DNA of 64,000 nucleotides from Nostoc sp. (GTDB lineage Bacteria; Cyanobacteriota; Cyanobacteriia; Cyanobacteriales; Nostocaceae): NCBI GenBank assembly GCA_036918135.1, contig JBALDB010000020.1, positions 32,001 to 96,000 of the forward strand, read 5' to 3'. Shown piece by piece: positions 1 to 9,167 of this stretch (position 1 is its first letter; each line of letters starts with the position of its first letter). The notes under the pieces were generated by a model. It saw only the letters and a program-made list of their open reading frames with translations, ran no database searches and was not told where the DNA came from. The position numbers and the translations under genes were made by a program.

Positions 1-1
1 A

Positions 2-3000
2 AACAGCGATCGGGTACTCCAGTTTGCCTCAATTAACTTTGATGCTTCATTAGAACAGATATTTCCTACACTTATAGCTGGTGCAACCTTGGTACTCCGA
101 GGCTCAGATGTATGGACACCGACAAAGTTCCAAAAAATAATTTCTGATTTTGGACTTACTGTTGTCAATCTACCGACAGCCTATTGGCAACAATTAGCTC
201 AAGAATGGGTCAAAACACAAGTCTTAGATTCCAATAGCCAACTGAGACTTGTGCTTGTTGGTGGAGATGCAATGTTGCCTGAATATGTTGCCACTTGGCA
301 ACGCAGCCCGATGTCTTGTGTTCGTCTGGTTAACGCTTACGGCCCCACAGAGACGACCATCACTGCCACGCTGTTTGAAATTCCTCCCCAGTGGAGTGAA
401 GACGGTAATCTGAGAAAAATGCCTATTGGCCGTCCACTACCTAACAGGACTGTGTATATTCTAGATAAGTATTTACAGCCTGTTCCCCTTGGCGTACCAG
501 GAGAACTGTACATTGGTGGTGCGTGCTTGGCAAAAGGCTATCTCAACCGTCCAGAGTTGACACAGGAAAGATTTATCAGTAACCCCTTTGGTTCTGGTCG
601 CCTCTATAAAACTGGGGATTTAGTACGCTATTTACCGGATGGTAATATCGAATACCTTGGTCGCATCGATAACCAAGTGAAGATTCGCGGCTTCCGCATC
701 GAACTTGGAGAAATCGAGGCAGTCCTCAACACCCACACCCAAATTCAACAAGCTGTAGTTATTGTCAGAGAGGATATTCCAGGTAACAAACGCTTAGTTG
801 CTTATGTAGTTTCTAGTGATGAATCACTCACCACTAACCAACTACGTCAATTCCTTAAGCAACAGCTACCGGAATATATGGTTCCTAGTGGCTTTATCAC
901 CTTAGACAACCTACCTTTAACACCCAACGGGAAAATAGACCGCAAAGCACTACCAACACCTGATGGAGAAATTACCCGAGAAAATGAATACGTGGCAGCA
1001 CGTACACCTATAGAAAAAACTTTAACTAATATTTGGCAACAACTTTTACTCAAAGAGAAAATTAGCATCCACGATAACTTTTTTGAAATTGGTGGTGACT
1101 CCATTCTGAGTATTCAAATAGTTTCTCGTGCCAAAAACTCAGGAATACAAATTACTCCCAAACAAATATTCCAAAACCAAACTATCGCTGAACTTGCTAA
1201 AGTTGCTAATACAACAGTAAGTGTTGAATCTAAACAAGGTGTAGTGACAGGAGTTGCACCTCTCGCACCAATTCAACACTGGTTCTTTGAGCAAAAGAAG
1301 TCAGAACCCCACCACTATAACCAATCAGTTTTATTGCAAGTTCCAAATCATCTGCAAAGTGAATTAATTGCAATAGCCGTGAAAAAATTACTAGAGCATC
1401 ATGATGCTTTGCGTTTAAGATTTACATCTGTTGCCGATGAATACAAACAAATAAATCAAGGGTTAGATGATAGCGTACCATTTGCCGTAGTTGACTTATC
1501 ATCAACACCCAAACACGAACAACCACAAGCCCTAGAAAAAATCGCTACCGAATATCAAGCAAGTTTAAACTTGTCAACAGGGCCAATAATGCAAGTGGTA
1601 ATGTTTAACTTAGATGATGATAGTGATGCCAGGTTACTACTTATTATTCATCACCTAGTAGTAGATGGTGTAAGTTGGCGAATTTTATTACCAGACCTAG
1701 AAAGTATTTATCAACAATTAATTACTAAAAAACCGATTGAACTAAGTGCTAAAACAACAGCATTTATTGATTTGGCAGAGAAATTAAACAATTATGCCCA
1801 ATCGGAAATTATCAAAGTGGAGTTAAACTATTGGCTAAACCAACCTTGGGCTAAGATAACACCACTACCATCAGATTGTGCTGACATTCAACAAGAGAAT
1901 ACAGTCAGTAATACTGCTTCTGTGTCAGTGAAATTAAGCCAAGCAGAAACTCAAACTCTCCTGCTGTCAGTCAACGAAGCTTACAACACACAAATTAACG
2001 ATATATTACTAAGTGCATTAGTAGTTTCAATAGCAGATTGGACGAAAAATTCAACGGTACTAATTGACTTAGAGGGACATGGCAGAGAAGAACTATTTGC
2101 CGATGTAGACTTATCTCGGACGGTAGGTTGGTTTACTAGTTTATTTCCGGTATTATTGCAACTACCTTCTATCAATCAACCAGGAGAAATCGTCAAATCA
2201 ATCAAAGAACAATTACGAGCAATTCCTAATCGTGGGATTGGCTACGGTATATTGCGTTACTTGTGCAAAGATAGGACTGTTAAGGAAAAAATACAGACTA
2301 TTCCTGCTTCCAAAATTAGCTTTAATTACCTGGGACAATTTGACCAAGTACAATCAGAAACTGGTTGGAAATTTGCGCCTGAATCTGCTGGAGATATCCA
2401 CAGCTTAAAGCAAACTCGTAACCATCTATTGGATATTAATGCTCTGGTAGTAGCAGGTGAATTACAAATTGATTGGACTTACAATAGTCATATACATACT
2501 CGTGCCACAGTAGAGAAATTAGCACAGAACTTTATTCAGGCGATCGCCTCAATCATAGAACATTGTCAGTTAGCAGAAAATAGAGGATATACGCCGAGCG
2601 ATTTTCCTGAAGCACAGTTGAATCAATTACAACTGGATGCATTATTAACTCAGTTCTCAACTAAAAATATTGAATCAATTTATCCACTGTCTCCTTCACA
2701 ACAGGGAATGCTCTTTGAAACTCTAGCTGCTTCTGAGTCAGGGATACATCTTGAGCAGTGCATTTTAAACTTGCAAATTGCACAATTTGACTCCTTAGCC
2801 TTTAAAAAAGCTTGGCAGCGTGTGGTAGAGCGCCACTCGGTTCTCAGAACAGCCTTTATTTGGGAAAATCAAGATCAGCCACTGCAAGTTGTACTTAAGG
2901 AAGTAGAGATTTCATTAGAGCAGCAAGATTGGCGTGGAATTTCTCTGTCCCAGCAGCAAGAAAAATTCGCAACCTATCTGAGTGCAGACCGACTACGTGG

Positions 3001-5089
3001 TTTTGACATGACTCAACCATTATTGATGCGTTTTGCACTTTTCCAAGTAGACACGAATTCCTATCAATTCATCTGGACTTCTCATCACATTCTTACAGAT
3101 GGCTGGTGTGTGCCTCTCATCTTCAAAGAGGTTTTCGCATTCTACGAAGCATTTAGCAAAGGTCAAGATTTATTACTGGAACCCAGTCATCCCTACAGAA
3201 ATTATATCGCCTGGCTCAAACAGCAGGATTTGTTGCAAGCTGAGGCATTCTGGCGGGGCAAACTTCAAGGGTTCAAAAGCCCAACCCCATTAGGAATAGA
3301 AGCTGAACCTATTGATTTTGAGGAGCAAGAACGCTACGGCGAACAAACAACCAGCTTACCAGCTTCAGCAACAGCAGCTTTACAGTCTTTGGTACGACAA
3401 CATCACTTGAGCTTAAATACTTTGGTTCAAGGTATTTGGGGTTTGCTGTTGAGTCGCTATAGCGGTCTTAAAGATGTAGTATTCGGTGCGACATTCTCTG
3501 GTCGTCCGCCGGAATTGGTAGGGTCTGAATCCATGTTAGGTCTTTTCATTAACACCCTACCGATGCGGCTTTTGGTTTCTCCCCAAGCATTATTTTGGTC
3601 TTGGCTAAGAGATATTCAGGATCGAGGCTTTACCCAACGCGATTATGAATACTGCTCTCAAGGACAAATTCACGAATGGAGTGAAGTTCCTGGCTCATTA
3701 CCCCTTTACGAGAGTCTTCTAGTTTTTCAAAATTATCCAGTTGATTCATCAGTACAACGGTCTGCGAACCATGAGATAAATCAAACTCAGGTTAGTTCTA
3801 TCGGCGCACAAACAAAATATGCTCTTACTATTTTGGTTAGCCCAACATCACAGCTAGATTTTCGCATTATTTACAAGCGATCGCGTTATGACAATTCGGC
3901 GATAACTCTAATTCTGGAACATTTTCTGGCTTTATTGAACAGTATTGTTGACCTTCCAGAGCAGTCTTTGGAAACACTGATAGAAAAAATTGCGGCAGAT
4001 CGAATTCCGCAAGTTAGACCGCCCCAGAAACTTGTTCAAAAGGAATTTGCCGCACCACGAAGTCTTCGAGAATTTCAACTCGTTCAAATTTGGGAAGAGA
4101 TTCTCAACATTCATCCTGTCAGCATCCGAGATAACTTCTTTGAACTTGGTGGTCATTCGCTGATAGCTGTTCGACTCATGACCCAGATTCAAAAATATTT
4201 CCAGATAAATTTACCTTTAGCTATTTTGTTCCAAAATCCCACCATTGAACAATTAGCGCATTTTCTCGATTCCTCAAAAGATTCTTTACCTTGGTCTGCC
4301 CTAGTTCCTATCAAAACTAATGGCAATCAACCACCTATGTTCTGTGTTCATCCTGGTGGAGGAAATATTATTTGCTATCACCATCTTGCTGATTGTTTGA
4401 GTTCAGAGCGTCCATTCTATGGACTACAATCAGTTGCTTTAAATCCCAAAAATCAGCCACATACTAGCATTGAACAAATGGCAACTCACTATATCCAAGA
4501 GTTACAAAAGGTTCAACCTCATGGCCCTTATTTTTTCTCTGGTTGGTCTTTTGGTGGCTTAGTAGCTTTTGAGATGGCTCAACAACTTTCCCTGCAAGGT
4601 GAAGAAATAGCTCTATTGGCGCTACTAGATACTACTCCTCCTTCTCTAAGTTATACAGGAGAAGTAGACTATGCTTTTCTATTAGTAGAGTTATTCAAAG
4701 AACATTTAGACCTTTATTTAGAAGAACTGCGGCAATTTGAACTAGAAGAACAGATAAATTATGTCGCGGAACGAGCTAAACAGAAAAATATCATTCTAGA
4801 AGGTTTTGACTTCGAGCAAGCACCTCTAATTCTGAAAATTTCCCAGATTAACGCTCAAGCTATACAAAATTACAAAGCTCAATATTACTCAGGCTCAATG
4901 GTTCTATTTAAAGCCAATGAAACTGATGCTGACTTTGAATTTGGCTGGGGTGAACTTGTAGAACATATAGAAACTGTTGTAGTGCCTGGTAATCATTTAA
5001 GTACGATAAAACCCCCTCATATCCAGATCCTAGTTCAAAAACTCGAAAAATTTCTCACAAAAGCAACAGACTTAATAAACATCCATTAA
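2..5089 (+). CDS. Non-ribosomal peptide synthetase, C-terminal part (5'-truncated by window): A(partial)-T-E-C-T-TE
   Basis: Frame is open from nt 2 (NSDRVLQFASINFDAS). A motifs YGPTE, GELYIGG, LYKTGDL, NGKIDRK. T with GGDSI (typical before an E domain). E domain HHLVVDGVSW, EGHGRE, RTVGWFT. C domain HHILTDGW. Second T GGHSL. TE GWSFGG. Confidence 0.95.
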   Translation, partial: NSDRVLQFASINFDASLEQIFPTLIAGATLVLRGSDVWTPTKFQKIISDFGLTVVNLPTAYWQQLAQEWVKTQVLDSNSQLRLVLVGGDAMLPEYVATWQRSPMSCVRLVNAYGPTETTITATLFEIPPQWSEDGNLRKMPIGRPLPNRTVYILDKYLQPVPLGVPGELYIGGACLAKGYLNRPELTQERFISNPFGSGRLYKTGDLVRYLPDGNIEYLGRIDNQVKIRGFRIELGEIEAVLNTHTQIQQAVVIVREDIPGNKRLVAYVVSSDESLTTNQLRQFLKQQLPEYMVPSGFITLDNLPLTPNGKIDRKALPTPDGEITRENEYVAARTPIEKTLTNIWQQLLLKEKISIHDNFFEIGGDSILSIQIVSRAKNSGIQITPKQIFQNQTIAELAKVANTTVSVESKQGVVTGVAPLAPIQHWFFEQKKSEPHHYNQSVLLQVPNHLQSELIAIAVKKLLEHHDALRLRFTSVADEYKQINQGLDDSVPFAVVDLSSTPKHEQPQALEKIATEYQASLNLSTGPIMQVVMFNLDDDSDARLLLIIHHLVVDGVSWRILLPDLESIYQQLITKKPIELSAKTTAFIDLAEKLNNYAQSEIIKVELNYWLNQPWAKITPLPSDCADIQQENTVSNTASVSVKLSQAETQTLLLSVNEAYNTQINDILLSALVVSIADWTKNSTVLIDLEGHGREELFADVDLSRTVGWFTSLFPVLLQLPSINQPGEIVKSIKEQLRAIPNRGIGYGILRYLCKDRTVKEKIQTIPASKISFNYLGQFDQVQSETGWKFAPESAGDIHSLKQTRNHLLDINALVVAGELQIDWTYNSHIHTRATVEKLAQNFIQAIASIIEHCQLAENRGYTPSDFPEAQLNQLQLDALLTQFSTKNIESIYPLSPSQQGMLFETLAASESGIHLEQCILNLQIAQFDSLAFKKAWQRVVERHSVLRTAFIWENQDQPLQVVLKEVEISLEQQDWRGISLSQQQEKFATYLSADRLRGFDMTQPLLMRFALFQVDTNSYQFIWTSHHILTDGWCVPLIFKEVFAFYEAFSKGQDLLLEPSHPYRNYIAWLKQQDLLQAEAFWRGKLQGFKSPTPLGIEAEPIDFEEQERYGEQTTSLPASATAALQSLVRQHHLSLNTLVQGIWGLLLSRYSGLKDVVFGATFSGRPPELVGSESMLGLFINTLPMRLLVSPQALFWSWLRDIQDRGFTQRDYEYCSQGQIHEWSEVPGSLPLYESLLVFQNYPVDSSVQRSANHEINQTQVSSIGAQTKYALTILVSPTSQLDFRIIYKRSRYDNSAITLILEHFLALLNSIVDLPEQSLETLIEKIAADRIPQVRPPQKLVQKEFAAPRSLREFQLVQIWEEILNIHPVSIRDNFFELGGHSLIAVRLMTQIQKYFQINLPLAILFQNPTIEQLAHFLDSSKDSLPWSALVPIKTNGNQPPMFCVHPGGGNIICYHHLADCLSSERPFYGLQSVALNPKNQPHTSIEQMATHYIQELQKVQPHGPYFFSGWSFGGLVAFEMAQQLSLQGEEIALLALLDTTPPSLSYTGEVDYAFLLVELFKEHLDLYLEELRQFELEEQINYVAERAKQKNIILEGFDFEQAPLILKISQINAQAIQNYKAQYYSGSMVLFKANETDADFEFGWGELVEHIETVVVPGNHLSTIKPPHIQILVQKLEKFLTKATDLINIH

Positions 5090-5160
5090 AAAATTATGTA
5101 TCAACGCGCGGCGTTCTACGTTGTAAAATAAGCACCCTGAAATAGAAATCAAATTTCAAT

Positions 5161-7152
5161 ATGCCAACCCAAGTTGTTCAAGCTAAACCCTCAACAAATG
5201 CTATTTCAGAATTTTTTCAATTTTGGCGAGATATAAGAGCGATCGCAGGCCCTTACTGGTATCCAACCGAGCCAGGAGAAAGAGCTTTTTCAGACGTTAT
5301 TCGCGCCTGGGTAATGCTTATTCTCCTAATATTGCTAATACTCGCTCTTGTAGCTGCAACTACTTATAATACTTTTATCCATCGCTATTTAATTGATTTC
5401 ATAATTCAAGAAAAAGATTATTCTAAATTTACTTATACTATATTACTTTACGCTGTTGGACTTGTCTTAATAACGCTTTTAGTAGGATTTACTAAATTTG
5501 TTAGAAAACAAATTTCTCTTGATTGGTATCAATGGCTTGACGATCATCTTTTAAATAAATATTTGAACAATCGTGCTTATTATAAAATCAATTTTAAAGC
5601 TGATATTGATAACCCAGATCAACGTTTATCTCAAGAAATTGAACCGATTACTAGTAGTGCGCTCAGTTTTTCAACTACTTTCTTAGAAAAAGTGCTGGAA
5701 ATGGTAACTTTTTTAATAGTTGTCTGGTCAATTTCCCAACAAATAGCTGTTGCTTTAATTGCCTATACAATTATAGGCAACTTTATTGCTATTTACTTAA
5801 ATCAAGAATTGATTAAAATTAATCAGGCAGAACTTGAATCTAAAGCTGATTATAGTTATTCTCTAACTCATGTTCGCAATCACGCTGAGTCAATAGCTTT
5901 TTTTCAAGGAGAAAAACAAGAACTGAATATAATTCAACGCAGATTTAGTATCCTTATAAAAAATATTAAATCAAAGATTAATTGGGAGAGAAATCAAGCA
6001 ATTTTTAACAGAGGATATCGGGGTACTGTCGAATTTCTCACACTATTAGTACTTGCACCTTTATTTATTAGAGGTGAAATTGATTTTGGACAAATTGGAC
6101 AAGCTACTACAGCTTGCTATATGTTTGCTGGTGCTTTGGAAGAATTAATAGCTGAATTTGGTGTTTCTGGGCGATTTTCTAGTTATGTTGAGCGTTTATC
6201 TGATTTTTCAGATGCGTTAGAAGCAGTGGCAAAACAACCCGAAAACGTCAGTACTATTAAAACAATAGAAGAAAATTATTTTGCTTTTGAGAACGTCACT
6301 TTACAAACACCAAATTATGAACAGGTAATCGTTGAACACTTGTCACTTGCTGTTCAACCAGGAGAAGGTTTATTAATTGTAGGGCCAAGTGGTCGAGGAA
6401 AGAGTTCTCTGTTGAGGGCGATCGCAGGTTTGTGGAATGCAGGAACTGGTCGTTTGGTGCGACCTCCCCTGAAAGAAGTCTTATTTTTACCCCAACGTCC
6501 TTATATAATTCTAGGAACTTTGCGCGAACAGTTACTTTATCCTAAAACTAATCGTCAAATGACCGACGCAGAACTCAAAGAAGTTTTGCAACAAGTTAAC
6601 CTGCAAAACTTGCTAAGTCGAGTTGAAGGCTTTGATACTGAAGTTCCTTGGGAAAGTATATTATCGCTTGGAGAACAACAACGCCTAGCATTCGCACGCC
6701 TGTTAGTGACTAATCCAAGGTTCACTATATTAGATGAAGCAACAAGTGCCTTGGATTTGACGAATGAAGGAAATTTATATCAACAATTACAAGAGACGAA
6801 AACAACGTTTATTAGTGTTGGACATCGGGAAAGTTTATTTAATTATCATCAATGGGTTCTGGAACTTTCACAAGATTCTAGTTGGCAACTTGTGACTGTG
6901 CAGGAATATCGAAATCAAAAAATAATAAATATTCAAAGCACGCCTAATAATGAGTCGCAAAGTCAATCACAAATATTGACGCAAACAGCTATAAATGAAG
7001 GACTCTCTCATAAAGAAATCAGCGAATTAACTAATTATTCTATTAGCACTATTAGAAGTAAGGCAAGCAAAGGAGATGCTGTCACTACTAGGGAGGGCTT
7101 GACGTACCGCTATGACAAGAACCCAAGTGTGTTGAAATGGCTGAGAGTTTAG
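5161..7152 (+). CDS. ABC transporter fused permease/ATPase, McyH/NosG/MdnE (ABC_membrane_2) type, with C-terminal extension
   Basis: DNPDQRL motif, NHAESIAFF (EAA-like), Walker A GPSGRGKS, signature LSLGEQQR, Walker B ILDEATSALD, SVGHR. Directly follows the NRPS. Confidence 0.93.
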   Translation: MPTQVVQAKPSTNAISEFFQFWRDIRAIAGPYWYPTEPGERAFSDVIRAWVMLILLILLILALVAATTYNTFIHRYLIDFIIQEKDYSKFTYTILLYAVGLVLITLLVGFTKFVRKQISLDWYQWLDDHLLNKYLNNRAYYKINFKADIDNPDQRLSQEIEPITSSALSFSTTFLEKVLEMVTFLIVVWSISQQIAVALIAYTIIGNFIAIYLNQELIKINQAELESKADYSYSLTHVRNHAESIAFFQGEKQELNIIQRRFSILIKNIKSKINWERNQAIFNRGYRGTVEFLTLLVLAPLFIRGEIDFGQIGQATTACYMFAGALEELIAEFGVSGRFSSYVERLSDFSDALEAVAKQPENVSTIKTIEENYFAFENVTLQTPNYEQVIVEHLSLAVQPGEGLLIVGPSGRGKSSLLRAIAGLWNAGTGRLVRPPLKEVLFLPQRPYIILGTLREQLLYPKTNRQMTDAELKEVLQQVNLQNLLSRVEGFDTEVPWESILSLGEQQRLAFARLLVTNPRFTILDEATSALDLTNEGNLYQQLQETKTTFISVGHRESLFNYHQWVLELSQDSSWQLVTVQEYRNQKIINIQSTPNNESQSQSQILTQTAINEGLSHKEISELTNYSISTIRSKASKGDAVTTREGLTYRYDKNPSVLKWLRV

Positions 7153-7290
7153 CGGTTAGACAATAAACACAGGCTTCTCAACAAAAAGCTTCTTTTGAAA
7201 GCTACCAGCTGCAATCTGTTCAGTCTGCTGAATTATCGCCTGTGAAAGAATAGTTTTCTATTTTAATTTGTAAAAATCGAGCTTGCTTAC

Positions 7291-7319
7291 ATCCCCGACT
7301 TTTTTAAAAAGTCGGGGAT
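7291..7319. repeat. Perfect palindrome/hairpin (possible terminator or dispersed repeat)
   Basis: ATCCCCGACTTTTT-T-AAAAAGTCGGGGAT, downstream of the ABC gene. Confidence 0.6.
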
Positions 7320-7422
7320 CTTGTTGTTCATGAATGAATGATTTATAACTGATATGTGTAGGAATCTAGTTTATTAAACATAATTATGTATGAAATAAAT
7401 TAACAGTAAAGAAACAGGTAAG

Positions 7423-7482
7423 AGTAGGAGAGGGTTTCAAAATATTAATACTAATGATAATCTCAGTGAACCCGCCTCTACT
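7423..7482. repeat. Degenerate REP-like inverted repeat
   Basis: AGTAGGAGAGGGTTTCA ... TGAACCCGCCTCTACT imperfect inverted arms with GTAG/CTAC ends. Confidence 0.4.
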
Positions 7483-7568
7483 TGTTCAATAATTAAATAA
7501 AATTGCTATATTTTGAGATTGGTTACTTAATATCAAGAGTTATTAAATAATATTTTCTTGAGTATCCG

Positions 7569-7638
7569 CTTAACTTTCTTAACTTTCTTAACTTTCTTAA
7601 CTTTCTCAAATACATTAATTCTTAACTGTCTTAACTGA
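7569..7638 (+). repeat. 9-bp tandem repeat (CTTAACTTT)x4 plus two degenerate copies
   Basis: Four exact copies at 7569-7604; CTTAACTGT CTTAACTGA at 7621-7638. Confidence 0.85.
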
Positions 7639-7706
7639 CCTTGAACACATATTTAATTACTGATATATCTTTAGTTGCAAAAATAATTTCCTTTAAGGAA
7701 AACTCT

Positions 7707-7841
7707 ATGTCTACAAATACAGCCAAAACAGTAGATGTCGTAGCGGTACCATTTTTTGCGCGTTTCTTGGAAGAGCAAGCTACTGAAGGAACAGATGTTC
7801 CTTGGACTTACAAGTTTCCTTCAGATTTGGAAGACAAATAA
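7707..7841 (+). CDS. mdnA: Microviridin precursor peptide (MdnA/MvdE), 44 aa
   Basis: MSTNTAKTVDVVAVPFFARFLEEQATEGTDVPWTYKFPSDLEDK: PFFARFL leader motif and TxKxPSDxED core. ATG at 7707 preceded by AAGGA. Two ATP-grasp ligases follow. Confidence 0.93.
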   Translation: MSTNTAKTVDVVAVPFFARFLEEQATEGTDVPWTYKFPSDLEDK

Positions 7842-8103
7842 TTTAGTCTTCTGCATCTAAGAGTACCTTTTTAATCCGGAAGATACCTTGTAATTGGCTT
7901 CATCAGAATTTAAGGGAGTAACAGTTATCAAATAACTGAAAACTACTCTTGTAAACGCGATCGCTTTCATATTATCTTATCCATAACATGGAGGCGATCG
8001 CCTTTTCCACATCCCTAAATTTTTCAAAAGTTGTGGATGTAAGAAGCAATTTGTCTAGTATTCATTAATATCTAACCCTTAAAAATTTAAAAGAAAATAT
8101 TTT

Positions 8104-9108
8104 ATGCACCTGTCTCGTGATGTTGTTTTATTGATCGCCCACAGTGGTGATTTTTTCACAATAGATAGAGTGGCAGAAGCCTTATCAAAAAAAGGGGCGC
8201 AACCATTTCGTTTAGATACTGATAAGTTCCCTTTAGAAGTGCAATTAGTAGCACATTTTGACAAATCTAAAAGCTACCACACTATAGAATATAGCAACCA
8301 CTCGATCGGCACAGAGCAGGTGCAAGCTGTGTGGCTGCGCCGCATTTGGGAACCAAAACTGAGTCAAGAATTAGCGCCAAAGTTCCGAGAAGCTTGCATT
8401 AGAGAATCACAAGCAACTTTATATGGTTTTTGGGACAGCCTCAAGGGAGCTACTTGGGTAGATAATTTAGAGCGGATAGATTATGCAAGTAACAAGCTGC
8501 GTCAACTACGGATTGCATCTGAGGTAGGTTTTGTTATTCCTAAAACTCTGATCGCCAATAAGGCGGAAGCAGCACGAGAGTTTTTCGGACAAGTCAACGG
8601 CAAAATGGTGAGCAAGCTTTTAACTCCTCTTTCCCGCAGTATGGAAGCTAACTCCTCATTTTTTCTGTACACCAGCATCGTCAAAGAAGAAGACTTACAA
8701 GATGCCGAGTCACTGCGCTATTGCCCAATGGTTTTTCAAGAGCAAATTCCAAAGCAACAGGAATTACGGGTAGTGTATGTGAATGGTAATGTATTTGTGG
8801 GGGCGCTAAATGCAGAAGTTTATGCAGCAGCCAAAGTTGATTGGCGTAAACCAGGTGTTGAGGTTGGCGTATGGCAACACCACCAGCTTCCTGATGAAGT
8901 AGTTCGTTGTCTCAAAGCCTTTATGGGAAGGTTTGGACTGTTGTTTGGTTGTTTAGATTTTATCCTCACACCATCAGGTGAATATGTGTTTTTGGAAGTT
9001 AACCCCGTAGGAGAATGGGGAATGCTGGAGAAGGATTTGGACTTGCCAATTGCAAATGCGATCGCAGATGCCCTACTTCAAAGAAATAATCAAGAATTTA
9101 ATAGTTGA
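8104..9108 (+). CDS. mdnB: Microviridin ATP-grasp ligase, MdnB/MvdC type (lactam-forming)
   Basis: HSGDFFTIDRV N-terminus, VWLRR, PMVFQEQIPK, FLEVNPVGEWGMLE. Position after the precursor. Confidence 0.9.
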   Translation: MHLSRDVVLLIAHSGDFFTIDRVAEALSKKGAQPFRLDTDKFPLEVQLVAHFDKSKSYHTIEYSNHSIGTEQVQAVWLRRIWEPKLSQELAPKFREACIRESQATLYGFWDSLKGATWVDNLERIDYASNKLRQLRIASEVGFVIPKTLIANKAEAAREFFGQVNGKMVSKLLTPLSRSMEANSSFFLYTSIVKEEDLQDAESLRYCPMVFQEQIPKQQELRVVYVNGNVFVGALNAEVYAAAKVDWRKPGVEVGVWQHHQLPDEVVRCLKAFMGRFGLLFGCLDFILTPSGEYVFLEVNPVGEWGMLEKDLDLPIANAIADALLQRNNQEFNS

Positions 9109-9167
9109 TACTAGTCTGCGGCAAGCTACCCAAACAGTGTCTACATACATCACATTTCATACTTTTT

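Noticed and set aside
7641..7706. Longer TTG-started version of the precursor ORF from the track
   Set aside because: ATG 7707 has an RBS and gives a typical precursor length.
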